A stretch of DNA of 45,117 nucleotides from NCBI GenBank assembly GCA_041563955.1, contig JBFGQV010000004.1, positions 1-45,117 on the forward strand. Direction: 5' to 3'. This DNA comes from Alphaproteobacteria bacterium. Lineage in GTDB: Bacteria; Pseudomonadota; Alphaproteobacteria; UBA8366; JADFVY01. The translations under genes and the position numbers were made by a program. The notes under the pieces were generated by a model. It was not told the DNA's origin. It did no database searches and saw only the letters and a list, made by a program, of their open reading frames with translations. Positions 8,636-18,122 of the stretch are shown here, piece after piece (position 1 is the first letter of the stretch; every line of letters begins with the position of its first letter).

Positions 8636-10948
8636 ATGAAACGGGTTGTTGTCGTACTTATTCTGGCGGTGAGCCTGGTCCGGCCGGCGTGGTCGGGCAT
8701 CGAAGAGGCGCAGGAGGCGTACGACCGCGGCGACTACGAGTCCGCGTACGCAGAGCTGCGGCCGCTGGCGGACGCCGGAGATGCGAAAGCCCAGGTGTTT
8801 CTTGGCGCACTGTACGAGTACGGCAAGGGAACGCCCCGCGACGAAAAGGAGGCCGTCCGCTGGTATCGGATGGCGGCCGACCAGGGGTCCGCGCGCGGGC
8901 AGGCCAGCCTCGGTTACATGTACGAGGCGGGCCGCGGCGTGCCGCAGGATTATGCCGAGGCGATGCGGCTGTACCGGCTGTCGGCGGGCCAGGGGTACGC
9001 GCGGGGGCAGACCAGCCTTGGCGCCCTTTACGAGGGTGGCCTGGGCACGGATGCAGATCCTGTCGAGGCGGTGCGCTGGTATCGCCTTGCCGCAGAACAG
9101 GGTTATGCCGCGGCCCAGACGAACCTGGGATGGATGTACGAGAACGGCCGCGGCGTCGCCGAGGACCTCGCCGAGGCGGCGCGATGGTACGGCCTGGCGG
9201 CGGAGCAGGGCAGCGCAGCCGCGCAGTACAATCTTGCGGTCATGTACGCCAATGGGCGGGGCGTCGAAGCCAACGACGAGAAGGCTTCATACTGGTACCT
9301 GCAGGCCGCAGAACAGGGCGACGCGGACGCCCAGGCCATCATCGGATGGCGGTACGAGACGGGACTTGGCGTCGAACAGGACGACACGGAGGCCGCACGC
9401 TGGTATCGCCTCGCGGCCGAGCAGGGACACGCCCGCGCCCGCACCAACTTGGGCTGGATCTACGAGAACGGGCGCGGCGTCGAACAGGACGACCGGGAAG
9501 CCGTGCGCTGGTACCGCCTCGCGGCGGAGCAGGGCTATGCCCGCGCCCAGAGCAGCCTGGGGTGGATGTACGGCGCCGGCCGCGGGGTCCCGCAGGATCA
9601 CCCCGAGGCCCTGCGATGGTACGCTCTGGCGGCCGAGCAGGGGTTTGCCCCGGCGCAATACAATCTCGCCCTGATGTACGAGAACGGCCAGGGAGTCGCG
9701 CAGGACCTTGCGACGGCGGCGCACTGGTATCGGCTGGCGGCGCAACATGGCGATGCCGACGCGCAGACCAATCTCGGCTACCTTTACGAACGCGGGCAGG
9801 GCGTCGCCCAGGACGACGGCGAAGCGGTACGTTGGTACCGCATGGCCGCGACGCAGGGGGATGCCGTGGCCCAGACAAATCTGGGCTGGATGTACGAGAA
9901 CGGCCGAGGCGTTTCGCAAGACGCTGCGGAGGCCGCCCGGTGGTATCGCATGGCGGCCGAGCAGGGATACGCCCGCAGCCAGAACGCCCTCGGCCTGATG
10001 CATCAACTGGGGCGCGGAGTCCCGAAGGACCACGCAGAGGCAGTTCGCTGGTATCTGAGTGCGGCCGAGCAGGGTTACGCCATCGCCCAGTACAATCTCG
10101 GCCTGATGTACGACAACGGCCGCGGAGTCGCGCAGGACAGCGCGACCGCCGTGCTCTGGTACCGCCGCGCCGCCGAGCAGGGCTACGCCGACAGCCAGAC
10201 CAACCTCGGATGGATGTACGACAACGGTCGCGGAGTCGAGCAGGATCACCAGGAGGCGCTGCGCTGGTATGGCCTTGCGGCCGAGCAGGACCATATCATC
10301 GCACAGTACAATCTCGGCATCATGTACCGGTATGGCCGCGGGGTCGGCAAGGATTACGAGCAGGCCCTGCAGTGGTTCCGGCTCGCCGCCGACCAGGGCG
10401 ATTCCGACGCGCAGTACAATCTTGGAGAGATGTACGAGTCCGGGCTGGGCGCAACGCGGGACGGGGCGCAGGCGGCCAGATGGTACCGCCTGGCGGCCGA
10501 TCAGGGCGACGCCGATGCGCAGGCCGAGCTCGGTTGGCTGTATCTCGACGGTACCGCGGTCGAACAGGACTACCAGGAAGCGTTGCGCTGGTTTCGGCTG
10601 GCGGCCGACCAGGGCGACGCGACCGCGCAGTTCAATCTGGGACTCATGTACGAGACCGGTCAGGGGGTCGCGGCGGAAGGCGTGACGGCGGCGGACTGGT
10701 ACCGCCTGGCGGCCGAGAACGGCGACGTCGACGCGCTGTTCCGGCTCGGCGTGATCTACGACGGGGGGTCCGGCGTCGAGCCGGAGGCGGTCGAAGCCTA
10801 CAAGTGGTTCACGCTGGCCAAGCGTCGGGGCAACACCTCGGCGTCCTCGCGCTTGCTGCTGCTGTGGTTGGCCATGAGCGCGGACGCGCTCGCCGAGGCC
10901 GAACGACTGGCGGATGAATGGCAGGAACTGCATCCGGCGCCGGATTGA
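8636..10948 (+). CDS. Secreted Sel1-like repeat protein (19 repeats)
   Basis: Signal peptide MKRVVVVLILAVSLVRPAWS, then 19 contiguous 36-aa repeats of type AQxNLGxMYxxGxGVxQDxxEAxRWYRLAAEQG (counted by hand). Confidence 0.95.
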   Translation: MKRVVVVLILAVSLVRPAWSGIEEAQEAYDRGDYESAYAELRPLADAGDAKAQVFLGALYEYGKGTPRDEKEAVRWYRMAADQGSARGQASLGYMYEAGRGVPQDYAEAMRLYRLSAGQGYARGQTSLGALYEGGLGTDADPVEAVRWYRLAAEQGYAAAQTNLGWMYENGRGVAEDLAEAARWYGLAAEQGSAAAQYNLAVMYANGRGVEANDEKASYWYLQAAEQGDADAQAIIGWRYETGLGVEQDDTEAARWYRLAAEQGHARARTNLGWIYENGRGVEQDDREAVRWYRLAAEQGYARAQSSLGWMYGAGRGVPQDHPEALRWYALAAEQGFAPAQYNLALMYENGQGVAQDLATAAHWYRLAAQHGDADAQTNLGYLYERGQGVAQDDGEAVRWYRMAATQGDAVAQTNLGWMYENGRGVSQDAAEAARWYRMAAEQGYARSQNALGLMHQLGRGVPKDHAEAVRWYLSAAEQGYAIAQYNLGLMYDNGRGVAQDSATAVLWYRRAAEQGYADSQTNLGWMYDNGRGVEQDHQEALRWYGLAAEQDHIIAQYNLGIMYRYGRGVGKDYEQALQWFRLAADQGDSDAQYNLGEMYESGLGATRDGAQAARWYRLAADQGDADAQAELGWLYLDGTAVEQDYQEALRWFRLAADQGDATAQFNLGLMYETGQGVAAEGVTAADWYRLAAENGDVDALFRLGVIYDGGSGVEPEAVEAYKWFTLAKRRGNTSASSRLLLLWLAMSADALAEAERLADEWQELHPAPD

Positions 10949-11124
10949 GCGGACTGCGCGTGCAGCGGCCCCGCAAAACATCTGATGCCAACGCGGCACC
11001 GTTATGCTGATATGTCACCGCGCGCCTGCGCATGGGATAGGGTCCGCCGGCACGGTTCGCATTGCCACGGGGGCCCGCCTCCGACCGTCGCCGGTGCCGC
11101 GGCTCGCTGACGAGACTCTGCCGG

Positions 11125-12243
11125 ATGCATCACGTACAGATCCGCAAGGCAAGACTGGCCGACATACCGGCGCTCGTGACGCTCGAGAACCGCTCGTTCG
11201 AGCATGACCGGCTGTCGCGCCGCAGCTTCCGTTACCTGCTGACCCGGGGTCACGCGGAAACCGTCGTCGCGACGGACGACGGCAACCGGGTTCTCGGTTA
11301 CGCCATGGTGCTGTTCAGCCGCGGCACGTCGCTGGCCCGGCTGTATTCGATCGCCGTCGATCCGGACCAACGCGGTCACGGCCTGGGAACTCGCCTGCTG
11401 CACGCCGCCGAGGATGCCGCGCGCAAACATGGCGCCGCCTATATGCGCCTCGAGGTGCGCGAGGACGATCCGGCGACGCGCCGGCTCTACGAGAAGGAGG
11501 GATATCGCAAGTTCGCGGTCGAGAATCACTATTACGAGGACGACGTCGATGCGATCCGCATGGAGCGGTCGCTGGCGCCGCCGCGCGACCCGAGCCTTGC
11601 CCGCGTCCCGTATTACAGCCAGAGCCTGGACTTTACCTGCGGGCCGGCGGCGATCCTGATGGCGATGCACGCGCTGGATGCGGACCTACCCGTGAACCAG
11701 ACCGCCGAACTGCGCCTGTGGCGGGAGTCGACGACCATCTACATGACGTCCGGCCACGGCGGCTGCAGCCCGCTGGGACTCGCCGTCGCGGTCTCGCGCC
11801 GCGGCTTTCCGGTGGCGGTGTGGCTCAGCCGGCAGTCGCCGCTGTTCGTCGATTCGGTGCGCAGCGCGAACAAGAAGGAGGTCATCCGCCTGGTCGAGGA
11901 GGACTTCCGCACGGAAGCGCGCGAGCGCGGGATTCCGATCAGCTACCGGCCGTTGTCGGTCAAGGCGATGCGAGAGAAATTCGACGCGGGCGGCATCCCG
12001 ATCGTGCTGATCAGCTCGTGGCGGTTCGATCGCGAACGGACGCCGCATTGGGTCGTTGTCACCGGCTTCGATGATGAATATGTCTACCTTCACGACCCCT
12101 ATATCGACCCCGAGCAGGACAAGTCGGCGACGGATTGCATGCAGATACCGGTTCCGCTCAGCGACTTCCGGCGCATGGCGCGTTACGGCCGCGCGCAGCA
12201 GAAGGCAGCGCTCGTGATCGGCCCGCGATCGGGCGGCGGCTGA
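11125..12243 (+). CDS. GNAT (RimI-like) acetyltransferase fused to a C39-like cysteine peptidase
   Basis: GNAT motifs IAVDPDQRGHGLG, LEVREDD, YYEDDVDA; papain-like triad QSLDFTCG, PHWVVVTG, HDP. Confidence 0.88.
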   Translation: MHHVQIRKARLADIPALVTLENRSFEHDRLSRRSFRYLLTRGHAETVVATDDGNRVLGYAMVLFSRGTSLARLYSIAVDPDQRGHGLGTRLLHAAEDAARKHGAAYMRLEVREDDPATRRLYEKEGYRKFAVENHYYEDDVDAIRMERSLAPPRDPSLARVPYYSQSLDFTCGPAAILMAMHALDADLPVNQTAELRLWRESTTIYMTSGHGGCSPLGLAVAVSRRGFPVAVWLSRQSPLFVDSVRSANKKEVIRLVEEDFRTEARERGIPISYRPLSVKAMREKFDAGGIPIVLISSWRFDRERTPHWVVVTGFDDEYVYLHDPYIDPEQDKSATDCMQIPVPLSDFRRMARYGRAQQKAALVIGPRSGGG

Positions 12244-13769
12244 TGCCGCTGCACCTGATCATCGTCGACAGGCCCGACGATCTCCCATGGGTCATCCCGG
12301 ACTGCCGGGTCGTCGCCGCCCGTGAGTTCATCCGCGAGCCGGCGCCGCCCAAGGCGGCCGCCACGCGGGTGATCAATCTGTGCCGCGACCACAGCTATCT
12401 GAGCCTCGGCTACTATTGCTCCCTTTTGGCAGAAGGCCGAGGCCACAGGACCATCCCGTCGATCGAGGTCATGCTGGACCTGCACTGGAAACGGCTGCTG
12501 CGCATCGCCCTGCCCGAGGTCAACGAGCTGGTCGGCGCAACCGTGAAGGCGCCGCCCGACTCACCGCCTGCGACGGCGCACATCTATTTCCGCCAGCCGG
12601 ACGATCCCCGCCTCGCCGAGGCGGCCGGGCGCATCTTCGACCTGTTCCGTTGCCCGATCCTCAAAGTGACCCTCGGCCACCGCAGCGGCCGCTGGGAGAT
12701 CACGGATCTTGCGCCCGGCGCGATCCGAGACCTCGACGAGACGCAGAGGCAGGCGTTTCGGCAGGCGTTGGAACGGCACCTCCAGGTCGCCTGGCGAGAG
12801 CAGCGCGCGACGATTCCGGCGCGCTATTCGCTCGCGATCCTGCACGACCCGACCGAGGCGCTGCCGCCGTCGAACGCGCGCGCGCTGGACAAGTTCGTCA
12901 AGGCGGGCGCAAAGCTCGGCGTCGAGGTCGAGCTGATCACCCGGGCCGACTACGGGCGGCTGCTCGAGTTCGACGCCCTGTTCATCCGCGAGACCACCGC
13001 GCTCAACCACCATACCTACCGCTTCGCGAAGAAGGCGGACGCGGAGGATCTCGTGGTGATCGACGACCCACGGTCGCTCCTGCGCTGCACCAACAAGATC
13101 TACCTCGCCGAACTGCTCCAGGCCAACGGCGTGCCGACGCCGAGGACCCTTGTCATCGACCGCCGCGGCATCGCACGCGTCGAGGCGGAGCTCGGCTTCC
13201 CGGCCGTGATCAAGATCCCCGACGGCTCGTTCTCGCGGGGCATGCACCGGGTGGCCGACGCCAAGGAGCTGACGGCCGTCGCGGCAACGGTATTCGACGA
13301 ATCCGACCTCATCATCGCCCAGGAATACATGCGCACCGACTTCGACTGGCGTGTCGGGGTCCTGGACGGCAAGCCGATCTATGTCTGCCAGTACGAGATG
13401 GCGCGGGGCCATTGGCAGATCGTCAGGCACGAGGGCGACGGCCAGATGGTCGAGGGGGAATCGCGCACGCTGGCGATTGCCGACGCGCCGCCCGCGGTGG
13501 TGGACACCGCGCTGCGGGCCGCTGCGCTCATCGGCGACGGGCTCTACGGCGTCGATTTGAAGGAGACGCCGGCCGGCATCTTCGTGGTCGAGGTCAACGA
13601 CAATCCCAACATCGACGCCGGCATCGAGGACCTCGTGCTGAAGGATTCGCTGTACCAGACCGTCATCAACGCCTTCATCGAGCGGCTCGACCGCCGCTCG
13701 CAGCCGCAGCCGCGCCGCGGCAACGGCGCCAAGGAGACCGGCCCGCAGACGGGCCGGGCGGCAAAATAG
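12243..13769 (+). CDS. RimK-family ATP-grasp ligase with N-terminal RLAN-like domain
   Basis: VINLCRDHSYLSLGYYCSLLAEGRGH N-domain; VIKIPDGSFSRG, IAQEY, YGVDLK, EVNDNP. ATG overlaps the upstream TGA. Confidence 0.9.
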   Translation: MPLHLIIVDRPDDLPWVIPDCRVVAAREFIREPAPPKAAATRVINLCRDHSYLSLGYYCSLLAEGRGHRTIPSIEVMLDLHWKRLLRIALPEVNELVGATVKAPPDSPPATAHIYFRQPDDPRLAEAAGRIFDLFRCPILKVTLGHRSGRWEITDLAPGAIRDLDETQRQAFRQALERHLQVAWREQRATIPARYSLAILHDPTEALPPSNARALDKFVKAGAKLGVEVELITRADYGRLLEFDALFIRETTALNHHTYRFAKKADAEDLVVIDDPRSLLRCTNKIYLAELLQANGVPTPRTLVIDRRGIARVEAELGFPAVIKIPDGSFSRGMHRVADAKELTAVAATVFDESDLIIAQEYMRTDFDWRVGVLDGKPIYVCQYEMARGHWQIVRHEGDGQMVEGESRTLAIADAPPAVVDTALRAAALIGDGLYGVDLKETPAGIFVVEVNDNPNIDAGIEDLVLKDSLYQTVINAFIERLDRRSQPQPRRGNGAKETGPQTGRAAK

Positions 13770-13829
13770 CATGGCCGCCCGCCGGCACCAGCCCCGATCC
13801 TTGCACCGCATCACCATGGCGTCGCGCCC

Positions 13830-14720
13830 ATGATTCGACGACTCGTCGCGCTGCTCCTGCTGACCGTCGGTGCCGATTTGCCGGCGCTGGCGAAGGATGG
13901 CGGGTTCACGCATGGTCTGCTGTGGCGCATCGAGGCGGAGGGGACGGCGCCGAGCCACCTGTTCGGGACGATGCATTCGGCCGATCCGGCGATCGCCACC
14001 GTGCCGGAGGCGCTGCGGCGGATCCTCGACGAGGCCGACAGCCTGACCGTCGAGGTGGTGCTGGACGACGCCGCGAACCTGGCCCTGGCGCGCGCGACGC
14101 TGCTGCCGGAGGGGCGGCGCCTGGGCGACATCGTCGGGCCCGAACGAATGCGCCGGATCGTCGAGACCGGCGCCCGCTACGGCATCCCCGGCGATCAGAT
14201 CGAACGGTTCCGGCCCTGGGCGCTGCAGTTGATGTTCAGCCTGCCGCCGGCCGAGATCCGGCGCCAGGCCGAGGGCGGTCTGCCGCTCGACAAGGCGCTG
14301 GAGGCCCGGGCGACGGCGCGCGGCATCCCGGTGCACGGACTGGAGACGGTCGAGGAGCAGATCGCCGCGCTCACCGGGACCGCGGAAGCGGACCAGATCC
14401 TGCTGCTCGATGCCGCGATGGCACTGAACCCCGACATCGACGCCATCTTCGAGGAGCTGAAGCAGCTCTACCTCGCGGCGGACCTGGCCGGGATGCATCG
14501 CATGGCGCGGATGGTCACCGGCGGCGCGCCAAGCGAACTGATCGACGCCTATACCGAGCGCCTGCTCGGCGCGCGCAACCGCCGCATGGCCGACCGCATG
14601 GCGGCACGGCTCGCCGAGGGCAACGCGCTGATCGCCGTCGGTGCGCTCCACCTGTACGGCGAGGACGGCGTGCTGGGCCTGCTGGCCGCGCGCGGCTACA
14701 CGGTGACGCGGGTGGAGTAG
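13830..14720 (+). CDS. TraB/GumN (TIKI-like metalloprotease) family periplasmic protein
   Basis: Signal peptide; LLWRI, HLFGTMH, GLETVEEQ, RNRRM, AVGALHL. Confidence 0.9.
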   Translation: MIRRLVALLLLTVGADLPALAKDGGFTHGLLWRIEAEGTAPSHLFGTMHSADPAIATVPEALRRILDEADSLTVEVVLDDAANLALARATLLPEGRRLGDIVGPERMRRIVETGARYGIPGDQIERFRPWALQLMFSLPPAEIRRQAEGGLPLDKALEARATARGIPVHGLETVEEQIAALTGTAEADQILLLDAAMALNPDIDAIFEELKQLYLAADLAGMHRMARMVTGGAPSELIDAYTERLLGARNRRMADRMAARLAEGNALIAVGALHLYGEDGVLGLLAARGYTVTRVE

Positions 14721-14788
14721 CGCGTTCTAGCGCGTTATCCGATAAGATGGAATTCGGCGCCGGCTTCCCGCCGGCCGATCTCGTTTGT

Positions 14789-14890
14789 CCCCCTCCCCCT
14801 GCCCCCTCCCACCAGGGGAGGGGGTTAACTTTGTGTCATCGCGCAAAATCTACCCCCTCCCCCTTGATGGGGGAGGGCAGGGTGGGGGTG
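14789..14890. repeat. Palindromic intergenic repeat (CIR/REP-like element)
   Basis: Arms CCCCCTCCCCCTGCCCCCTCCCACCAGGGGAGGGGG and CCCCCTCCCCCTTGATGGGGGAGGGCAGGGTGGGGGTG each fold and are inverted copies of each other. Lies between convergent genes, with a GANTC site at 14892. Confidence 0.75.
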
Positions 14891-14943
14891 GGACTCACCG
14901 CCTCAACAAGGGCAAACCCGCGTCCAAATGATGGGACAATATG

Positions 14944-15510
14944 CTAGCTTCCGCCAACGTGTCCGAACGGTGCGCGCGCGAAGATGCGCCGCACCATCGG
15001 TTCGAAATGCTCCAGCGGCAGGGTGTCGTAGTCCGGGTCGAACGACGCCTGGTCCCAGTCTTGGCAGAAATCGACCGCGGCCTGGTAATACGGATGGTCC
15101 TTGAAGCGGTCGCGCGCATTGCGGTCGCCGCCGAGATGGTGGGCATAGTAGAACGCCTGGAAGATCCCGTGATGCTGGACGACCCAGTACGTACGCTCTG
15201 ACACGTACGGCTGCAGGATCGCCGCCGCAATGGCGCTGTGATTGTGCGGCGCCAGGGCATCGCCGATATCATGCAGCAGGGCGGCCACCACCATTTCCTC
15301 GTCGGCGCCGTCGCGCAGGGCCCGGGTCGCGGTCTGCAGCCCGTGCTCCTGCCGGCTGATCGCGTAACCCTCGAAGGTCTGGTCGAGGCCCCGGAAATAG
15401 TCCAGCACGCGGTCGGCCACCCTGCTTGCGTACGCGTCTTCCAGGCGGCCGAGGAATTCGTACTCCTCCTGCGTGCCGTCTTCCATGCGGGTGAACCGGA
15501 CGATGTCCAT
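14944..15510 (-). CDS. HD-domain protein (possible diiron PhnZ/TmpB-like)
   Basis: EHGLQTA, ALLHDIG, HNH, QHHG, WDQ metal-ligand pattern; RBS GGAG. Confidence 0.85.
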   Translation of the reverse strand: MDIVRFTRMEDGTQEEYEFLGRLEDAYASRVADRVLDYFRGLDQTFEGYAISRQEHGLQTATRALRDGADEEMVVAALLHDIGDALAPHNHSAIAAAILQPYVSERTYWVVQHHGIFQAFYYAHHLGGDRNARDRFKDHPYYQAAVDFCQDWDQASFDPDYDTLPLEHFEPMVRRIFARAPFGHVGGS

Positions 15511-15545
15511 GCCACTCTCCTTTCGGGCTGTACGCGTGCGCGAGG

Positions 15546-16328
15546 TCAGTCGCGGTAGTCGGGCTCCTCTTTGTCGAGGATCGCCTTCATCTCGTTGAAA
15601 TGGTCGATGGCGCTGGCGCGGGTGTCGTCGCGCTGCCACTGCGCGCAGGTCATCGCCGCGATCTCGTCGGAAGCCACGTGGAGGGGCCGGCCGCACGACA
15701 GCGCCAGCACCTGCAGCTTGCAGGCGCGTTCCAGGTAGTAGTTCTCGTCGAACGCCTCGGCGACCGTCTCGCCGATCACGGCCACCCCGTGATTGGCCAT
15801 GAAGACGACGCTCTTGCCCTGTTCGACGGTGCCGCCGATGCGCCTTCCCTCGTCGTCGTCCAGCGCCATGCCGTTGAAGCTGTCGTCATAGGCGATGCGG
15901 CCAAAGAAGCGCATCGCGTTCTGGTCGATCATCTGCAGCCGGTAGCCCTTCAGGCAGGCCAGCGTCGTCGCGTAGAACATGTGGCTGTGCAGCACGCAGC
16001 GCGCCTTGCGATTGCCGGCATGGATTCGCGAATGAATGTACCAGGCGGTCGGATCGGCCTTGCCCGCGCCCTGGCCGATCACGTCGTCGGCGCTGTCGGC
16101 GTCGAGCAGCAGCAGGTCGCTGGCCCGGATGCGCGACCAGTGCCGCCCCTGCGGGTTCATCAGGAACCGCCTGCCGTCGGCGGAGATTGCCAGGCTGAAA
16201 TGGTTGGCGATGCCTTCGTGCCAGTTGTAGCGGGCGGCGATGCGGAAGGCCGCGGCAAGGTCGATCCGGCCCTGGCGCTCGGCCTCGTGCATGGCCGAGC
16301 CGTCCGGCCTTACGGCATGTAGCGGCAT
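15546..16328 (-). CDS. Class II aldolase/adducin family protein
   Basis: EGIANHFS, YIHSRIH, VLHSH, ANHG Zn-site motifs. Confidence 0.9.
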   Translation of the reverse strand: MPLHAVRPDGSAMHEAERQGRIDLAAAFRIAARYNWHEGIANHFSLAISADGRRFLMNPQGRHWSRIRASDLLLLDADSADDVIGQGAGKADPTAWYIHSRIHAGNRKARCVLHSHMFYATTLACLKGYRLQMIDQNAMRFFGRIAYDDSFNGMALDDDEGRRIGGTVEQGKSVVFMANHGVAVIGETVAEAFDENYYLERACKLQVLALSCGRPLHVASDEIAAMTCAQWQRDDTRASAIDHFNEMKAILDKEEPDYRD

Positions 16329-16538
16329 GTCCTTGCCCTCCGGATCAGGGTTTCGCCGGTTAGGGGAGGATCATTCGCATGGAACATGCCGCGAATCAAC
16401 ACGTGCGACGACCGGCGCGAAACGGCTGTCGGCGACCGCGGCCTGCGGCCGGCCGGTGCCCGGTCCGCGAGATGTGATCGGAAACGGGCCGCCGAATCGG
16501 GTATCCTGTGCCAGATCACCGACGGGAGCGTTCCAGAG

Positions 16539-17627
16539 ATGGGGTCAGATGCTGGCGGCGCCGGCGCAGCGACGCAATCGATAGCCAACCCGATGGGCAC
16601 CGACGGGTTCGAGTTCGTCGAGTACACGGCGCCCGACACCAGAATGCTCGACGCCCTGTTCCAGTCGATGGGGTTCGTCCGCGCGGCGCGCCATCGCGCG
16701 AAGGACGTCACGCTGTACCGGCAGGGCGAGGTCAATTTCATCGTCAATGCGGAGCCGGGCAGCTTCGGTACCGAGTTCGCCAAGGCGCACGGCCCGTCCG
16801 CCTGCGCCATGGCCTTCCGCGTCGCCGATGCGGCACAGGCCGTGCAGCGCGCGGTGGCGCTGGGGGCGAAGCCGGTGGCCGGGCAGATCGGCCCGATGGA
16901 GGTCAACATCCCGGCGATCGAGGGGATCGGCGGCAGCCTTCTGTATTTCGTCGACCGCTACGGGAAGCGCGGCTCGATCTACGACATCGACTTCGTGCCG
17001 CTTGCCGAAGGGGCGGACGGCGTGGGCCTGACCTATGTCGACCACCTGACGCACAATGTCGAGCGCGGCCACATGGACGAATGGGCCGGCTTCTACGAGC
17101 GCCTGTTCGGCTTCCGGGAGCTCAAGTATTTCGATATCGAGGGCAAGCTGACCGGGCTCAAGTCCCGCGCCATGGTCAGCCCCTGCGGCAAGATCCGCAT
17201 CCCGATCAACGAATCCTCGGACGACAGGTCGCAGATCGAGGAGTACCTGCGCGCCTATCGCGGCGAGGGCATCCAGCACGTGGCGCTGGGCACCGACGAC
17301 ATCGTCGCCACGGTCGAGGCGCTGAAGGACCGCGGCATCCCGTTCATGGCGCCGCCGCCGGACACGTATTACGAGGCCGTCGATGCCCGCGTCCCCGGCC
17401 ATGGCGAGCCGCTCGCGGAGCTCAGGCGCAACGGCATCCTCATCGATGGCGCGCCGACCGAGGGCGGCGGCCGGCTGCTGCAGATCTTCACCGAGACGGT
17501 GATCGGGCCGATCTTCTTCGAGCTGATCCAGCGCAAGGGCGACGAGGGCTTCGGCGAGGGCAACTTCCGCGCCCTCTTCGAATCGATGGAGCAGGACCAG
17601 ATCCGGCGCGGCGTGCTGAAGGAGTAG
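16539..17627 (+). CDS. hppD: 4-hydroxyphenylpyruvate dioxygenase
   Basis: NPMGTDGFEFVE, DHLTHNV, GIQHVAL, LLQIFT, FFELIQRKGDEGFGEGNF. Confidence 0.97.
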   Translation: MGSDAGGAGAATQSIANPMGTDGFEFVEYTAPDTRMLDALFQSMGFVRAARHRAKDVTLYRQGEVNFIVNAEPGSFGTEFAKAHGPSACAMAFRVADAAQAVQRAVALGAKPVAGQIGPMEVNIPAIEGIGGSLLYFVDRYGKRGSIYDIDFVPLAEGADGVGLTYVDHLTHNVERGHMDEWAGFYERLFGFRELKYFDIEGKLTGLKSRAMVSPCGKIRIPINESSDDRSQIEEYLRAYRGEGIQHVALGTDDIVATVEALKDRGIPFMAPPPDTYYEAVDARVPGHGEPLAELRRNGILIDGAPTEGGGRLLQIFTETVIGPIFFELIQRKGDEGFGEGNFRALFESMEQDQIRRGVLKE

Positions 17628-17631
17628 CGCG

Positions 17632-18066
17632 TCACTCCGCCGCCGCGGTTACCGCGCCCCGGCGGATCATGAGGAATTCGCGCAGCGTGAACCAGCCGAG
17701 CAGCAGCGCCCCGGCCGCCGCGACATAGATGCGTACCGGCTCGAAATAGGTCATCAGCAACTCGCCGCCGAAGATCAGCAGCAGAACCTTGTTGCAGACC
17801 GGGCAGGCAACGCCGAGGAAGGCAAGGAGGCCGCCAGCGCCGGCGCCCTTGACGGAGCAGAACGGGCGGCGGATCGCAACATAGATCCCGGCCGCCAGCG
17901 ACATCGCCGCCAGCATCGCGATCTCCCAGCCGCCGGCCGGCGTCATGCGCACGAAGACCGGATTGTCCCACAGCGCCGCGACGGTGCCCAGCAGCACGAA
18001 GCTCGCCGCCGCCGTCGCCGCGCCCGCCGCGATCCGTTTCGGGGTCACATGGTCCATTTCTGCCAT
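17632..18066 (-). CDS. Small integral membrane protein with Cys motifs (FC...CPVC), function unknown
   Basis: About four hydrophobic segments; GVACPVCNK; RBS GAGGA. Start is 18066 or 18057. Confidence 0.7.
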   Translation of the reverse strand: MAEMDHVTPKRIAAGAATAAASFVLLGTVAALWDNPVFVRMTPAGGWEIAMLAAMSLAAGIYVAIRRPFCSVKGAGAGGLLAFLGVACPVCNKVLLLIFGGELLMTYFEPVRIYVAAAGALLLGWFTLREFLMIRRGAVTAAAE

Positions 18067-18122
18067 TCCTCTTCCGGCCTTTACTTGGTGGACCGTTGGC
18101 GGGACGGCAACCGGTTGCCGTG

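Noticed and set aside
8780-10830. 108-bp periodic repeats as a CRISPR array
   Set aside because: Degenerate in-frame coding repeats with no unique spacers and no cas genes.
7531-10917. 1128-aa plus-strand ORF
   Set aside because: Arg/Gly/Pro-rich off-frame shadow of the Sel1 repeats and antisense to a phosphatidyltransferase gene; a typical high-GC artefact.
13830-14720. TraB/GumN as evidence of a conjugative element
   Set aside because: The family name is historical; the protein is a TIKI-type protease and no tra, T4SS or relaxase genes are present.
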